Of a DNA stretch of 35,952 bases, positions 1 through 11,021 are shown piece by piece. The position numbers and the translations under genes were made by a program. Position 1 is the first letter of the stretch. Each line of letters opens with the position of its first letter. The stretch spans positions 1 to 35,952 of the forward strand of contig JALUTT010000075.1 in assembly GCA_027021705.1 (NCBI GenBank), read 5' to 3'. This stretch comes from Anaerolineae bacterium. Its GTDB lineage: Bacteria; Chloroflexota; Anaerolineae; S140-20. The notes beneath the pieces are model-generated. The model ran no database searches. It was not told the DNA's origin and was given only the letters and a program-made list of their open reading frames with translations.

Positions 1-365
1 GTCCCTCGCCGGCCTTCTCCGGCTGCCTGGGGATAGGGGCCTGGCGGGCCACGAAGGCTGCCGAGGACACGAAGGACGCCACGAACACAAAGGACACCAA
101 GAACACGAAGGACACAAAGGGAGAAGAGACCTGACCGTCTTGGTGCTCTTGGTGCTCTTGGTGCCCTTGGTGTCCCTCGCCGGCCTTCTCCGGCTGCCTG
201 GGGATAGGGGCCTGGCGGGCCACGAAGGCTGCCGAGGACACGAAGGACGCCACGAACACAAAGGACACCAAGAACACGAAGGACACAAAGGGAGAAGAAA
301 CCTAACCGTCTTGGTGCTCTTGGTGGTCTTGGTGCCCTTGGTGTCTCTCGTAAGCTTCGTGGCCC
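1..365. repeat. Tandem 171-bp duplication of a palindromic REP/BIME-like unit built from 9-nt subrepeats
   Basis: 1-171 recurs almost exactly at 172-342. The left arm has 9-mers (CACGAAGGA/CACAAAGGA/CACCAAGAA) and the right arm complementary CTTGGTGCT/CTTGGTGCC 9-mers. GGGCCACGAAG (217-227) pairs perfectly with CTTCGTGGCCC (355-365). Confidence 0.9.
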
Positions 366-396
366 TCATCCAACGGAGGTTGCAAGGAGGCGACCG

Positions 397-861
397 ATGC
401 GCATACGCAAAGCCACCCTACACGACGGTCCGGCCATCCACGCGCTGGTGACGGACTACGCCCGGCGGGGTGAAGTCCTCCCCCGGACTTTGTCGGAAAT
501 CTACGAGACGATCCGTGCCTGGATGGTGGCCGAGGAGGAGGGCCAGATCATCGGCTGCGGGGCCCTGGTCATCCTGGATGCCGACCTGGCCGAGGTACGC
601 TCCCTGGCCGTCGCGCCGGCCTACCAGGGGAACGGCATCGGGCGCAAGATCGTCGAGGCGTTGATCGAGGAAGGCAAGGCGTTGGGCGTGACGACCATCT
701 TCGCCCTAACGCGGGCCGTCCCTTTTTTTGAGCGCCTGGGCTTCGCCGTCACCGAGAAGGAGCGCTTCCCCCGCAAGATCTGGCGGGACTGCCTGAAGTG
801 CCCTCTCTTCCCCCACTGCGATGAGACCGCCGTGGTCAAAACGGCGAAGCCCTCCGGGTAA
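397..861 (+). CDS. argA: GNAT N-acetyltransferase, short amino-acid N-acetyltransferase (ArgA-like)
   Basis: AAGGAGG RBS; LPRT..EIYE, LAEVRSLAV, acetyl-CoA motif YQGNGIG, FFERLGF, and a C-terminal KIWRDCLKCP..PHCDE Cys cluster typical of short ArgA-type GNATs. Confidence 0.8.
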   Translation: MRIRKATLHDGPAIHALVTDYARRGEVLPRTLSEIYETIRAWMVAEEEGQIIGCGALVILDADLAEVRSLAVAPAYQGNGIGRKIVEALIEEGKALGVTTIFALTRAVPFFERLGFAVTEKERFPRKIWRDCLKCPLFPHCDETAVVKTAKPSG

Positions 862-882
862 AATCGTAGGGGATGTCCACCG

Positions 883-1115
883 CTACGCCTTCCGCCCGTA
901 AGCCACAAAGATGCTGAGGGCCAGTGCTTTTCCATCGGGACCGGCTGTGCAGCAGTTCCCCTCGGCGCAATCCACGACCACATCGGTCAGGCCGGCGGCC
1001 AGGTACCAGGCCCGCACGTCGTCCCGCTCGAAGCCCAACCAGCGGTCGGCCATAGCCTCTCGCATCCATTCCTGGTCGTGGGCGTCCAGGTCGGTCAGCA
1101 CCAGCCGGCCGCCGG
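883..1115 (-). pseudogene. 3' fragment (~76 codons) of a class I SAM methyltransferase, copy of the end of 9989..10633
   Basis: 887-1115 aligns without gaps to 10005-10233 (about 11 mismatches in 229 nt by manual count). Homology stops abruptly at 1115; the N-terminal SAM-binding part is missing. Confidence 0.88.
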
Positions 1116-1125
1116 TGATCACCAG

Positions 1126-1153
1126 TTGACACCTTTGGATTGAAAGGTATAAT
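1126..1153 (+). promoter_or_regulatory. Consensus sigma70 promoter upstream of the tRNA-like gene
   Basis: TTGACA (1126-1131), 16 nt, TATAAT (1148-1153), 19 nt before the acceptor stem. Confidence 0.85.
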
Positions 1154-1172
1154 AGTAGTAACTTGGAAGTAT

Positions 1173-1293
1173 GCCCAGGTAGCTCAGCCAGGTAGAGCAC
1201 GCGGTTTGAAAGCCGCGGGGTATCCGGGGGAAGGTGAACCACCCCATATGGTACTCCCCTAGGAGGTCGGCGGTTCAAATCCGCCCCTGGGCA
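1173..1293 (+). tRNA. Atypical tRNA / tRNA-like RNA (Phe-like frame, 8-nt anticodon loop, 51-nt variable region, no encoded CCA)
   Basis: Acceptor GCCCAGG/CCTGGGC plus A discriminator; T8A9; D arm GCTC-AGCCAGGTA-GAGC; anticodon stem CGCGG/CCGCG around TTTGAAAG; T arm GGCGG-TTCAAAT-CCGCC. All four stems pair perfectly. Confidence 0.8.
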
Positions 1294-1298
1294 TTTGG

Positions 1299-4200
1299 TT
1301 ACAGTAGGCTGGCGATGAAGGCGCGTATCCGTCGCCAGCCATCACTTTCATCCTGTGACACAATACGGTTAACGTCTTCAAGCACCTCTTTGATCATCCC
1401 TCTAGCGCTGCATATCCGTGCAAACTGTTCAAAAGCTCTCAAGGCATCATCATATTGTTGCTGCCCAAGAAGCGCTAACCCCAGGTGGGCCCATGTATGG
1501 TATTGGCGAGATTCCAGGTGGATTTGTCTTCGACAGCGCAATTCCGCTATCTGAAAAGATTCAAGTGCCCCGTTTCTTTGCCCGGCGAGCAGGTAAGCAA
1601 TCCCCCGCCCGTTGTAGACCCAGAAAAAGGAAGCTCTCAGTGGAGTCCTACTCGTTCGCATCAATCGTAGGGCCTTCTCGAAAGCCTCGATAGCTTCCAA
1701 GGGCTCACCCAAGCGAATATGCACTTTTCCCAGTCCATTGTGGGGATTGATGTATTCGGGGGCCAGCTCGATGGCTTGTTGGTAGGTCTGGAGAGCCCGG
1801 TCAAATTGCTCCATTGCCAAATACAGTGCTCCATAAGCATCGTGAAGGATGGCTTGATGATGCCGCTCTGTTATTTCCGAGGTAGGGATTTCGTCCAGCA
1901 ATCTCTTGGCCGCTTCCAGATTGCCTATTTGTCTGAGCAAGTGAGCTAATTTAACACGTGCAGGGATATAAGAAGGATCCACCTCCGTCGCTCTCTTAAA
2001 TAGCTTCTCCGCTTCGCCGAACTCTCCCAGACTGCTCAGGGCGCTGGCCTCCGCAGCGAGTATACGCGCCTGCTTCCGCTTATTCACAAGTCCGGCTACC
2101 TCATAGCGCCTAATGCGTTCTAGGCCCTGGGCAACTGCTTGCAGCGGGTCAGGTGATAAGCTCTGAGCCCGCTCATATGCCAGTTTAGCCTCCTCTAGTC
2201 TGAGAAGATTCGTGAGCACCTTCCCTCGCTCGCTATGTATATGCGGGTTATCGGGAAGCCACTGCTGAGCCCGTTCCAGCATTTTCAGACTACGTTGCTG
2301 GATTTGTCGCCTCTTTGAAGATCGGGCCAGTTTTCGCCCTAACGAGAGATAAGCAAACGCAAGGTCTCTCTCGACTCCCGGGTCCCTCTCCCCTGATTTC
2401 CTGTAAACATCCTCCACTTCGCGAAGGAGACGCTCGGCTGCATCAAAATCTCCCTTAGCGACGAGCTTTTTGGCAGCAACAAATCGTTCAGCTTGCCGCT
2501 CTTTCTCTCCCAGCAGTTCCAACAATTCTTTCATTTCACTTTCTATCCTGGCCCACCCTAGCCCCTCTCCTAATTCCGCCAACTTCTGGACGAGCCCTCG
2601 GTGGTGCATCGGCAAACTGTTGTAGAGTAGTTCATCTCTCTCCACCAGATTCAAGAGTCTTTTATGGAATCCCTCACTCCTATATCGCATTGCCCATATG
2701 TAGTGCTTAGCGAGAAGCTCAATGACATCATCGTATTCCTGCAACCATAAAAGATGGTTGAGCAAGTCCAAAAGCCATTCCTGCCATTCTTGATCCCTGT
2801 ACTTCTTTCTGACGGCCTCCTCACCATACTCATCTTCGAGTTGCTTTTCCCGCTTCTTTAGCCGAATCTTGCACACAGATTTGGCTTCTTGATTGATAAG
2901 TATCAACCGTACATTTCCAATATCACCTGAATGCAAGGCCCTCCGCAAAAAGGAGCGAACTTTCGAGTGTATTCTGTAGCCGGGGAGGATGAAAGAATAC
3001 CGATGCTGCAGTTGTCGTATAATGTGATAGAACTCCTCCGTACTGTTGATCAGGCGGCATTTGAGCCAAGTATCCATCAGAAGCCTTTCCCGCTGCGCCA
3101 CTTTAGCAGTTTCCCCCTCGCGAATAACGGCGAGGGTACAAATGTAATCCAGTTCACGAATCTGCTCTTCCTCGGGGAGTCTCTCCAAATGTTTCAAAAG
3201 GCGTTGGGTAACTAAAGCTACGACTTTGTGCTCCCCTAAAGGTTCCGTGATGTCACCGAAAAGTTGTTCTATATCGCCGCCTCTCCTGATGATGGTTGCC
3301 ACCTCACTAACGGCCAGTGGAATTCCCATCGTTATCGTATGTATCCGGGATACTAAACTATCTGAAATCCGATGGTCAGGCAATTTATGCTCCAAGAAGT
3401 CACGGATGTCGTCCTCTGTAAAGCTATCGAGTGTCTTGTAGAAATAAGCAAGAGGATACGCATATCTGCGTACAGCATCCCGGTGCCGCGGTTCAACCTC
3501 TGGAGGTAGTCTACCGGCGATGGCAAAGAGGAACCTCTTTCCTACTTCTGACTCGGAAAGGCAATGGCGGTAAAGCCCTTCCCGTATCCACTGATCGGCG
3601 AAATGCCATATCACTTCATAGGTATCAAATAGCATCACAATCGGTCGTATATGAGCAATACAGACTAAATCGGTCACAAAGGCCTGGGAGAGACGGAGCT
3701 GATTTGGAGCGGTTCGCCCCGTCTGTTGTTGCTTCCATTCAGCATTAAATTCGGGGAAAGTCACCTCTTGATACTTGGATTGAAGGCGATCGCTGATACA
3801 TCGCATCATTGCTTTGGTGCCGCCCTGGGAGTCAACTCCGGCGAATTCCCAATCCACGTAAAGCCAGAATAGGTTATCTCCCCGCTCTTCGCACAGCCGC
3901 ACATACTCACCTAGCAATGTGCTCTTTCCCATTCCTCCCTCACCACAGACAAGAAACACCTGTGCCCAATCGGGTTCACTTACTGGGCTCGTGTGATTCA
4001 GTATGCTGCTTAATGAACGCTTAAATTCATTCTTCTCCCTTTCGCGTCCGATAAAGATATCCACTCTAGGGGGTGCGTCTTGGAGCGTCAATAGTTCCGA
4101 GCCTCCCAACCACCTATCAACGAACTCGGGGAAATGAGCAGCGATCTCTAAAATATCCTCCGGGGGCGAAGTGGGAATACGCGAATATTCCTCCAACCAC

Positions 4201-4346
4201 CCCTGAATGTTTTCCCATTGTCGTTCTATCTTCATCTGGGCGCTTATTTTCTGCTCGGGTTCCGCTGTTAGCTTGCTTTCCTCGTGGCTGCGGATGATTC
4301 CATAACTCTTTCTGATCAACTTTTCAAGGTCTTCCTTACGCCCCAT
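1299..4346 (-). CDS. STAND-type P-loop NTPase with C-terminal TPR array and small N-terminal helical domain (~1015 aa)
   Basis: FIGRERE, Walker A GEGGMGKS, Walker B IVMLFDTYE, GIPLAV (GxP) motif, and multiple TPRs (e.g. AYGALYLAMEQFDRALQTYQQAIELAP). Start moved from 4406 to ATG 4346, which has GGAGG 7 nt upstream. Confidence 0.88.
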   Translation of the reverse strand: MGRKEDLEKLIRKSYGIIRSHEESKLTAEPEQKISAQMKIERQWENIQGWLEEYSRIPTSPPEDILEIAAHFPEFVDRWLGGSELLTLQDAPPRVDIFIGREREKNEFKRSLSSILNHTSPVSEPDWAQVFLVCGEGGMGKSTLLGEYVRLCEERGDNLFWLYVDWEFAGVDSQGGTKAMMRCISDRLQSKYQEVTFPEFNAEWKQQQTGRTAPNQLRLSQAFVTDLVCIAHIRPIVMLFDTYEVIWHFADQWIREGLYRHCLSESEVGKRFLFAIAGRLPPEVEPRHRDAVRRYAYPLAYFYKTLDSFTEDDIRDFLEHKLPDHRISDSLVSRIHTITMGIPLAVSEVATIIRRGGDIEQLFGDITEPLGEHKVVALVTQRLLKHLERLPEEEQIRELDYICTLAVIREGETAKVAQRERLLMDTWLKCRLINSTEEFYHIIRQLQHRYSFILPGYRIHSKVRSFLRRALHSGDIGNVRLILINQEAKSVCKIRLKKREKQLEDEYGEEAVRKKYRDQEWQEWLLDLLNHLLWLQEYDDVIELLAKHYIWAMRYRSEGFHKRLLNLVERDELLYNSLPMHHRGLVQKLAELGEGLGWARIESEMKELLELLGEKERQAERFVAAKKLVAKGDFDAAERLLREVEDVYRKSGERDPGVERDLAFAYLSLGRKLARSSKRRQIQQRSLKMLERAQQWLPDNPHIHSERGKVLTNLLRLEEAKLAYERAQSLSPDPLQAVAQGLERIRRYEVAGLVNKRKQARILAAEASALSSLGEFGEAEKLFKRATEVDPSYIPARVKLAHLLRQIGNLEAAKRLLDEIPTSEITERHHQAILHDAYGALYLAMEQFDRALQTYQQAIELAPEYINPHNGLGKVHIRLGEPLEAIEAFEKALRLMRTSRTPLRASFFWVYNGRGIAYLLAGQRNGALESFQIAELRCRRQIHLESRQYHTWAHLGLALLGQQQYDDALRAFEQFARICSARGMIKEVLEDVNRIVSQDESDGWRRIRAFIASLL

Positions 4347-4523
4347 CCTTGTACCTCCCACACATATCCGTTGTCTCCGGGTACAATAGATTTGATCGGA
4401 AGCCATCCTCTCCCCGGCCCGAATTGCGGAATACGGGTTATGAGGAATTGCCGGACCTTTTTGTCACGGCTCGCCGCAGAGGACGGTCCAGGAGGGCTTT
4501 GTGGATGATCACCAAACTCGTTT

Positions 4524-4657
4524 GTGGTGATTCCCCTACAAGTGGGCGAGGGAATGAGCCATAGCGGGCTGTCCACAAATCTCCCACGAATGCACGAATA
4601 AGGTAGAGATTGAATCGTGTATTTATGCCCTATTCGTGGACGGCCATCTCTCCATAT
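4524..4657 (-). repeat. Dispersed ~130-bp palindromic element, homologous to 22770-22901
   Basis: Reverse complement reads GGAGAG..GCCGTCCACGAATAGGGCATAAATACACG...ATTCGTGCATTCGTGGGAGATTTGTGGACAGCC..CTCGCCCACTTGTAGGGGAATCACC, collinear with the 22.8-kb copy. Core hairpin 4568-4644. Confidence 0.85.
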
Positions 4658-4692
4658 ATTAACAAATATTAACAACGTCTACATATTCTGTA

Positions 4693-5016
4693 CTATTTGT
4701 AATCCTCCCTGATGGGATGCCAGGCATCCACAGCTTGAGTAGGATGGGAAAGGGCGCGTGCGCTATGGGGCACGTTTGGGGGAATGGTCACCCCTTCACC
4801 GACCCTGATGATCCGTGTCTCATCGCCCAGGGTGAACTCCAGCGCACCTTCCAGCACCAGCGTGATTTGTTCGTGGGGATGCTGGTGCTCCGGCACCACG
4901 GTCCCAGGTGCGAAGTCGAAGAAGGTCATCATCACGCCCTCCAGGTAGACGGCGCGTCGGCCGATCCCCGCGGCCATTTCCGTTCGAGGCAGTTCGCTCA
5001 CCCGAAAGAAAGCCAT
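4693..5016 (-). CDS. Cupin domain protein (copy 1)
   Basis: PEHQHPHEQ and IPPNVPHSA cupin motifs; GAGGAGG RBS before ATG 5016; 4 aa differences from 10630..10953. Confidence 0.9.
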   Translation of the reverse strand: MAFFRVSELPRTEMAAGIGRRAVYLEGVMMTFFDFAPGTVVPEHQHPHEQITLVLEGALEFTLGDETRIIRVGEGVTIPPNVPHSARALSHPTQAVDAWHPIREDYK

Positions 5017-5049
5017 TGTGTGCGCCTCCTCCCTCAAGAACCTCTTAGC

Positions 5050-7749
<2,700 letters not shown>

Positions 7750-7799
7750 TTCACTCCTTTCTCAAGCTGCATTCATTCTCCAAGCGTGCGAAGGGTAGA

Positions 7800-7838
7800 G
7801 CGCCCTACGGGCTCGCCGGACGCTCAGGCGTAGGGCGC
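7800..7838. repeat. Intergenic inverted repeat (GTAGGGCG-type REP-like hairpin)
   Basis: GCGCCCTACG (7800-7809) / CGTAGGGCGC (7829-7838): perfect 10-bp stem, 19-nt loop, no U tract. Confidence 0.55.
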
Positions 7839-7850
7839 AGCCGCCGTATG

Positions 7851-8708
7851 TCAATCTTGAGAAGGGAATAGGTCCCGCTCAACGCGCCGGTTGGTGTAGG
7901 GCGGGTAGGCCCGGTGGAAGGTCTCGGTCGAGCGCCAGCGGCGAACCAGCCACCGAGGGAGGCGTCCGTAGAAGTTGCGCGTGCCCGGCCCCCCGACGAT
8001 CTGGCTCTGGTGACAGGCTGCGGCCCGCTGCTTGACCTCCAGATAGTTCCGCACGTCAATGCGGGTCGTGACCGGCAGGGCCCGCTCTAGGGCCGCCTTC
8101 AGGTTGATGTCCCGGTTCCGGCCCAGGGCGGTCGGGTCCATCCCGAAGAGGGGCATCAGGCGCACCGTCCAGGCCAGTTGCTGCCGGTCGAAGACGCTGA
8201 AGTAGAGCCGCTCCGGCGCGTACCCGTTGGGCCGCTCCCGGAGGAGCCGGTGGAAGGCGGCGACGGTCGCCCGGTGGACGGCGACGTGGTCGGGATGGCC
8301 GTATCCCCCGCCGGGGTCGTGGGTGAGGACGACCTGGGGGCGCAGCGTCCGCATCAGGCCGGCGATCTGGGCCGCCACCTCCTCGACGGGGGCGGCGATG
8401 AGGGCCTGGGGGTGGCGGTTGGCCGGCGAGCCCGGCATCCCTGAATCCCGGTAGTCCAGGAAGTGAATGCCGGCCAGGCCGAGGACCCGACCGGCACAGC
8501 GCAGCTCCTCCAGCCGCCGCTCGGCCAGATCGTTGTAGCCGTCCAGGTACTTGGCCTCGGCCTCGCCCGCCTCTCCCCGGGTGGCGCAGACGAGGTGGAC
8601 GGCCACGCCCTCGGCTGCGTAGCGGGCCAGCGTCCCGCCGGGCCCGAAGGATTCATCGTCAGGATGGGCGAAGACGACCAGCAGGGTTCGGGAAGCGGAT
8701 GGAGACAT
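7851..8708 (-). CDS. PIG-L family deacetylase (MshB/BshB-like)
   Basis: FAHPDDE, ATRGEAG, YRDSGM, GGYGHPDH and HQSQ motifs. Confidence 0.93.
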   Translation of the reverse strand: MSPSASRTLLVVFAHPDDESFGPGGTLARYAAEGVAVHLVCATRGEAGEAEAKYLDGYNDLAERRLEELRCAGRVLGLAGIHFLDYRDSGMPGSPANRHPQALIAAPVEEVAAQIAGLMRTLRPQVVLTHDPGGGYGHPDHVAVHRATVAAFHRLLRERPNGYAPERLYFSVFDRQQLAWTVRLMPLFGMDPTALGRNRDINLKAALERALPVTTRIDVRNYLEVKQRAAACHQSQIVGGPGTRNFYGRLPRWLVRRWRSTETFHRAYPPYTNRRVERDLFPSQD

Positions 8709-8737
8709 CGGCGTTTCTTCCCTCGGCGGTGTGGGGG

Positions 8738-9673
8738 CTACGACGCAGCGCCGGCCTTCCCGGCGGGCCGGGCGACCTTGGGGTCGGTCTCATCGTTGAG
8801 GATCATCTGCCCCAGCCGCTCGCCCAACCGGGTCAGCTCGGGCAGGGCGGCGGGATCATCCATCGGGATGCTGGTCTCCAGGTCTATCTGGAAACGGCGG
8901 AAGTCCAGCTCCGGGAAGAACTGCTGAACCAGACGCACCTGTTGGTCGCTGGCATCCCCGATGAAGGCATCGAGGATGGGCGCGATCCACTGCCAAGCGA
9001 AGAAGCGGCTGGCTTCCCCCGGCTTCAGGCCACCCGGTGCCCGTCCGGTTCCGATGCTGATGAGGGTCGTCTCCGCCGGGTCCCAGTCCAGGCAGAAGGC
9101 CGCTTCGTAGGCGGCGATGTAGCAGGGGTTGGCGTAGGAGCCCACGCCGCCGTCCACGTAACGACCGTCCACCACCGGGAAGTAGGTGGGCACCGAGGAG
9201 CTGGCCAGCACCGCCTTCCAGACGGGGAAGCGGGCGTACTCCTCTTTCCAGGGCTTGACGAAGCGGGTGCGGTTCTCCACCAGGTCGTGCATCGTGATCA
9301 CCACGTCCATCGGCGGATCGGCCTTCCAGAACTCCCCCATCGTCCGGTCGCCCAGATAGGTGCGCAGCGCCTCGATGAAGGGCCGGTTGGAATAGCGGTA
9401 GCGGGTGAGCGGCCAGAGCCAGCTCCGCCAGGTCTTGCGGAAGATCACGCCTCCCAGTTGCACGTAGAGCTCGTGGACTTGAGCGGCCGGCATCTGAACG
9501 GCGATGGCAGCGGCGATGATGCTCCCCGTCGAGGTCCCCGCCGTCAGGCGGCAGACCTGTCCCAAGGGCTCTCCTAGGGCCTCTTCGACGACGGCGAGGG
9601 CCTTGGCGACCATCGCGCCTCGGATCCCTCCGCCGTCAATGGCGATGGCACAGTGCTTACGAAATGGTTTCAT
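8738..9673 (-). CDS. Patatin-like phospholipase
   Basis: DGGGIRG, GTSTG nucleophile, ASSSVPTYF and YVDGGV. ATG 9673 follows a G-rich RBS (ORF extends to 9691). Confidence 0.93.
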   Translation of the reverse strand: MKPFRKHCAIAIDGGGIRGAMVAKALAVVEEALGEPLGQVCRLTAGTSTGSIIAAAIAVQMPAAQVHELYVQLGGVIFRKTWRSWLWPLTRYRYSNRPFIEALRTYLGDRTMGEFWKADPPMDVVITMHDLVENRTRFVKPWKEEYARFPVWKAVLASSSVPTYFPVVDGRYVDGGVGSYANPCYIAAYEAAFCLDWDPAETTLISIGTGRAPGGLKPGEASRFFAWQWIAPILDAFIGDASDQQVRLVQQFFPELDFRRFQIDLETSIPMDDPAALPELTRLGERLGQMILNDETDPKVARPAGKAGAAS

Positions 9674-9988
9674 CGTTCCCCCTCCCAGCATTGCCCGGCC
9701 TTAGGCTGGCGGATACCCCTTCCTCGCCCCTGTCGAGCCACAAACCCGGTAGGCCGGGCATTTACAAGTCCGCCCAAACACATCCGAAGGGTGCTCAGAA
9801 GTTTACCACATCCTTCCCATTGCCACAAACGGCTCCTGCCCGAAGCTGGGCTCCGAGGGTGCCGGGGTTCACGGCCTGTTCGACGACGAAGGGGCCGGTC
9901 CGCTCCGGCCACCGTATCACACCGGTGCTCCCTTCCGAGTTGCCGGACCTGCCCCCTCAATGGCTCTAGGCCGTGATTTTGGGTTCGA

Positions 9989-10633
9989 TCAAGGGTGCCT
10001 CCAAGCCTTCCGCCCGTAAGCTACAAAGATGCTGAGGGCCAACGCTTCTCCATCGGGACCGGTCGTGCAGCAGTTCCCCTCGGCGCAATCCACGACCACA
10101 TCGGTCAGGCCGGCGGCCAGGTACCAGGCCCGCACGTCGTCCCGCTCGAAGCCCAACCAGCGGTCGGCCATAGCCTCTCGCATCCACGCCTGGTTGTGGG
10201 CATCCAGGTCGGTCAGTACCAGCCGGCCGCCGGGACGCAGCACGCGGGTGATCTCGGCGATGGCGGCGGCCGGGTCCGGCGTGTGGTGCAGGTACATGTT
10301 GCCGAAGACGGCATCGAGGGAACCATCGGGCAGCGGCAGCGCATCGCCTCGCGCTCCCAGCAACTCTACGTTGTCGAAGACGGCCAGGTTGCGCCGGGCC
10401 ACGGCCAGCATCTCCGGCGACTCGTCGAGACCGTAAACCCAGGCCACGTGAGGAGCCAGCCCCTGAATCACAAAGCCGGTGCCGGTGCCCAGATCGGCCA
10501 CGACCGCATCGGGGGTGAGGCGAGCGCGGGCGATGGCCGCATCGCGCATCGCCTCGGTGAAATAGCCGGCGCGGATCTCATCCCACTCTTCGGCTACATC
10601 CGCAAAGTACTCCCTCGACTCCTTCACCTTCAC
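9989..10633 (-). CDS. Class I SAM-dependent methyltransferase
   Basis: VADLGTGTG motif I, LPLPDGSLDAVF, RVLRPGGRL and C-terminal CAEGNCC. The GTG start overlaps the cupin stop (GTGA). Confidence 0.92.
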   Translation of the reverse strand: MKVKESREYFADVAEEWDEIRAGYFTEAMRDAAIARARLTPDAVVADLGTGTGFVIQGLAPHVAWVYGLDESPEMLAVARRNLAVFDNVELLGARGDALPLPDGSLDAVFGNMYLHHTPDPAAAIAEITRVLRPGGRLVLTDLDAHNQAWMREAMADRWLGFERDDVRAWYLAAGLTDVVVDCAEGNCCTTGPDGEALALSIFVAYGRKAWRHP

Positions 10634-10953
10634 TTGTAGTCCTCCCTGATGGGATGCCAGGCATCCACAGCTTGAGTAGGATGGGAAAGGGCGCGTGCGC
10701 TATGGGGCACGTTTGGGGGAATGGTCACCCCTTCACCGGCCCTGATGATCCGTGTCTCATCGCCCAGGGTGAACTCCAGCGCACCTTCCAGCACCAGCGT
10801 GATCTGTTCGTGGGGGTGCCGGTGCTCCGGCACCACGGCTCCGGGTGCGAAGTCGAAGAAGGTCATCATCACGCCCTCCAGATAGACGGCGCGCCGGCCG
10901 ATCCCCTCGGCCATTTCCGTCCGAGGTAGTTCGCTCACCCGAAAGAAAGCCAT
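10630..10953 (-). CDS. Cupin domain protein (copy 2)
   Basis: PEHRHPHEQ and IPPNVPHSA motifs; GAGGAGG RBS. Confidence 0.9.
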   Translation of the reverse strand: MAFFRVSELPRTEMAEGIGRRAVYLEGVMMTFFDFAPGAVVPEHRHPHEQITLVLEGALEFTLGDETRIIRAGEGVTIPPNVPHSARALSHPTQAVDAWHPIREDYK

Positions 10954-11021
10954 CGTGTGTGCCTCCTCTTGCGTGTCCGTTCGTGTATCTACGTGGAAGA
11001 AGGTGGGCCGGGAGCCACCCC

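Larger units (their letters stand above)
1116..4692. mobile_element. Lower-GC inserted island (promoter, tRNA-like gene, STAND-TPR gene, palindromic repeat); no mobility gene
   Basis: Bounded by the two halves of a duplicated cupin-methyltransferase pair. A sampled line (2641-2700) is 26/60 GC versus 43/60 in acnA (6121-6180). No integrase or transposase inside. Confidence 0.6.

Noticed and set aside
1..365. CRISPR array (also considered for 22736-22983)
   Set aside because: No constant repeat with unique spacers, and no cas genes; these are whole-unit tandem palindromes.
140..451. 103-aa His-rich/hydrophobic ORF
   Set aside because: Product of the 9-nt-periodic palindrome; TTG start without an RBS, and it overlaps argA.
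883..1278. 131-aa ORF as an intact gene
   Set aside because: Chimera of the antisense tRNA-like/promoter sequence and the methyltransferase 3' fragment.
1173..1293. tmRNA, tRNA-Sec, Y RNA or group I intron-containing tRNA
   Set aside because: Too short for tmRNA and no G3-U70 pair; no UCA anticodon or extended acceptor stem; not permuted like YrlA and no Ro60 gene nearby; the insert is far too short for a self-splicing intron, and I see no clear bulge-helix-bulge.
4400..4700. attR-type duplication of the tRNA 3' end at the island boundary
   Set aside because: No second copy of GGTTCAAATCCGCCCCTGGGC was seen here or elsewhere in the window, and there is no integrase.
8738..9673. Patatin as a CBASS/defence effector partnering the STAND gene
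   Set aside because: Host-like GC, outside the island, among housekeeping genes, and no CD-NTase nearby.
9692..9988. Small ORFs or a riboswitch in the 300-bp gap
   Set aside because: The ORFs have no RBS or motif support and I recognise no aptamer; only a weak extended -10 (TGgTAAACT, minus strand, ~9800-9808).
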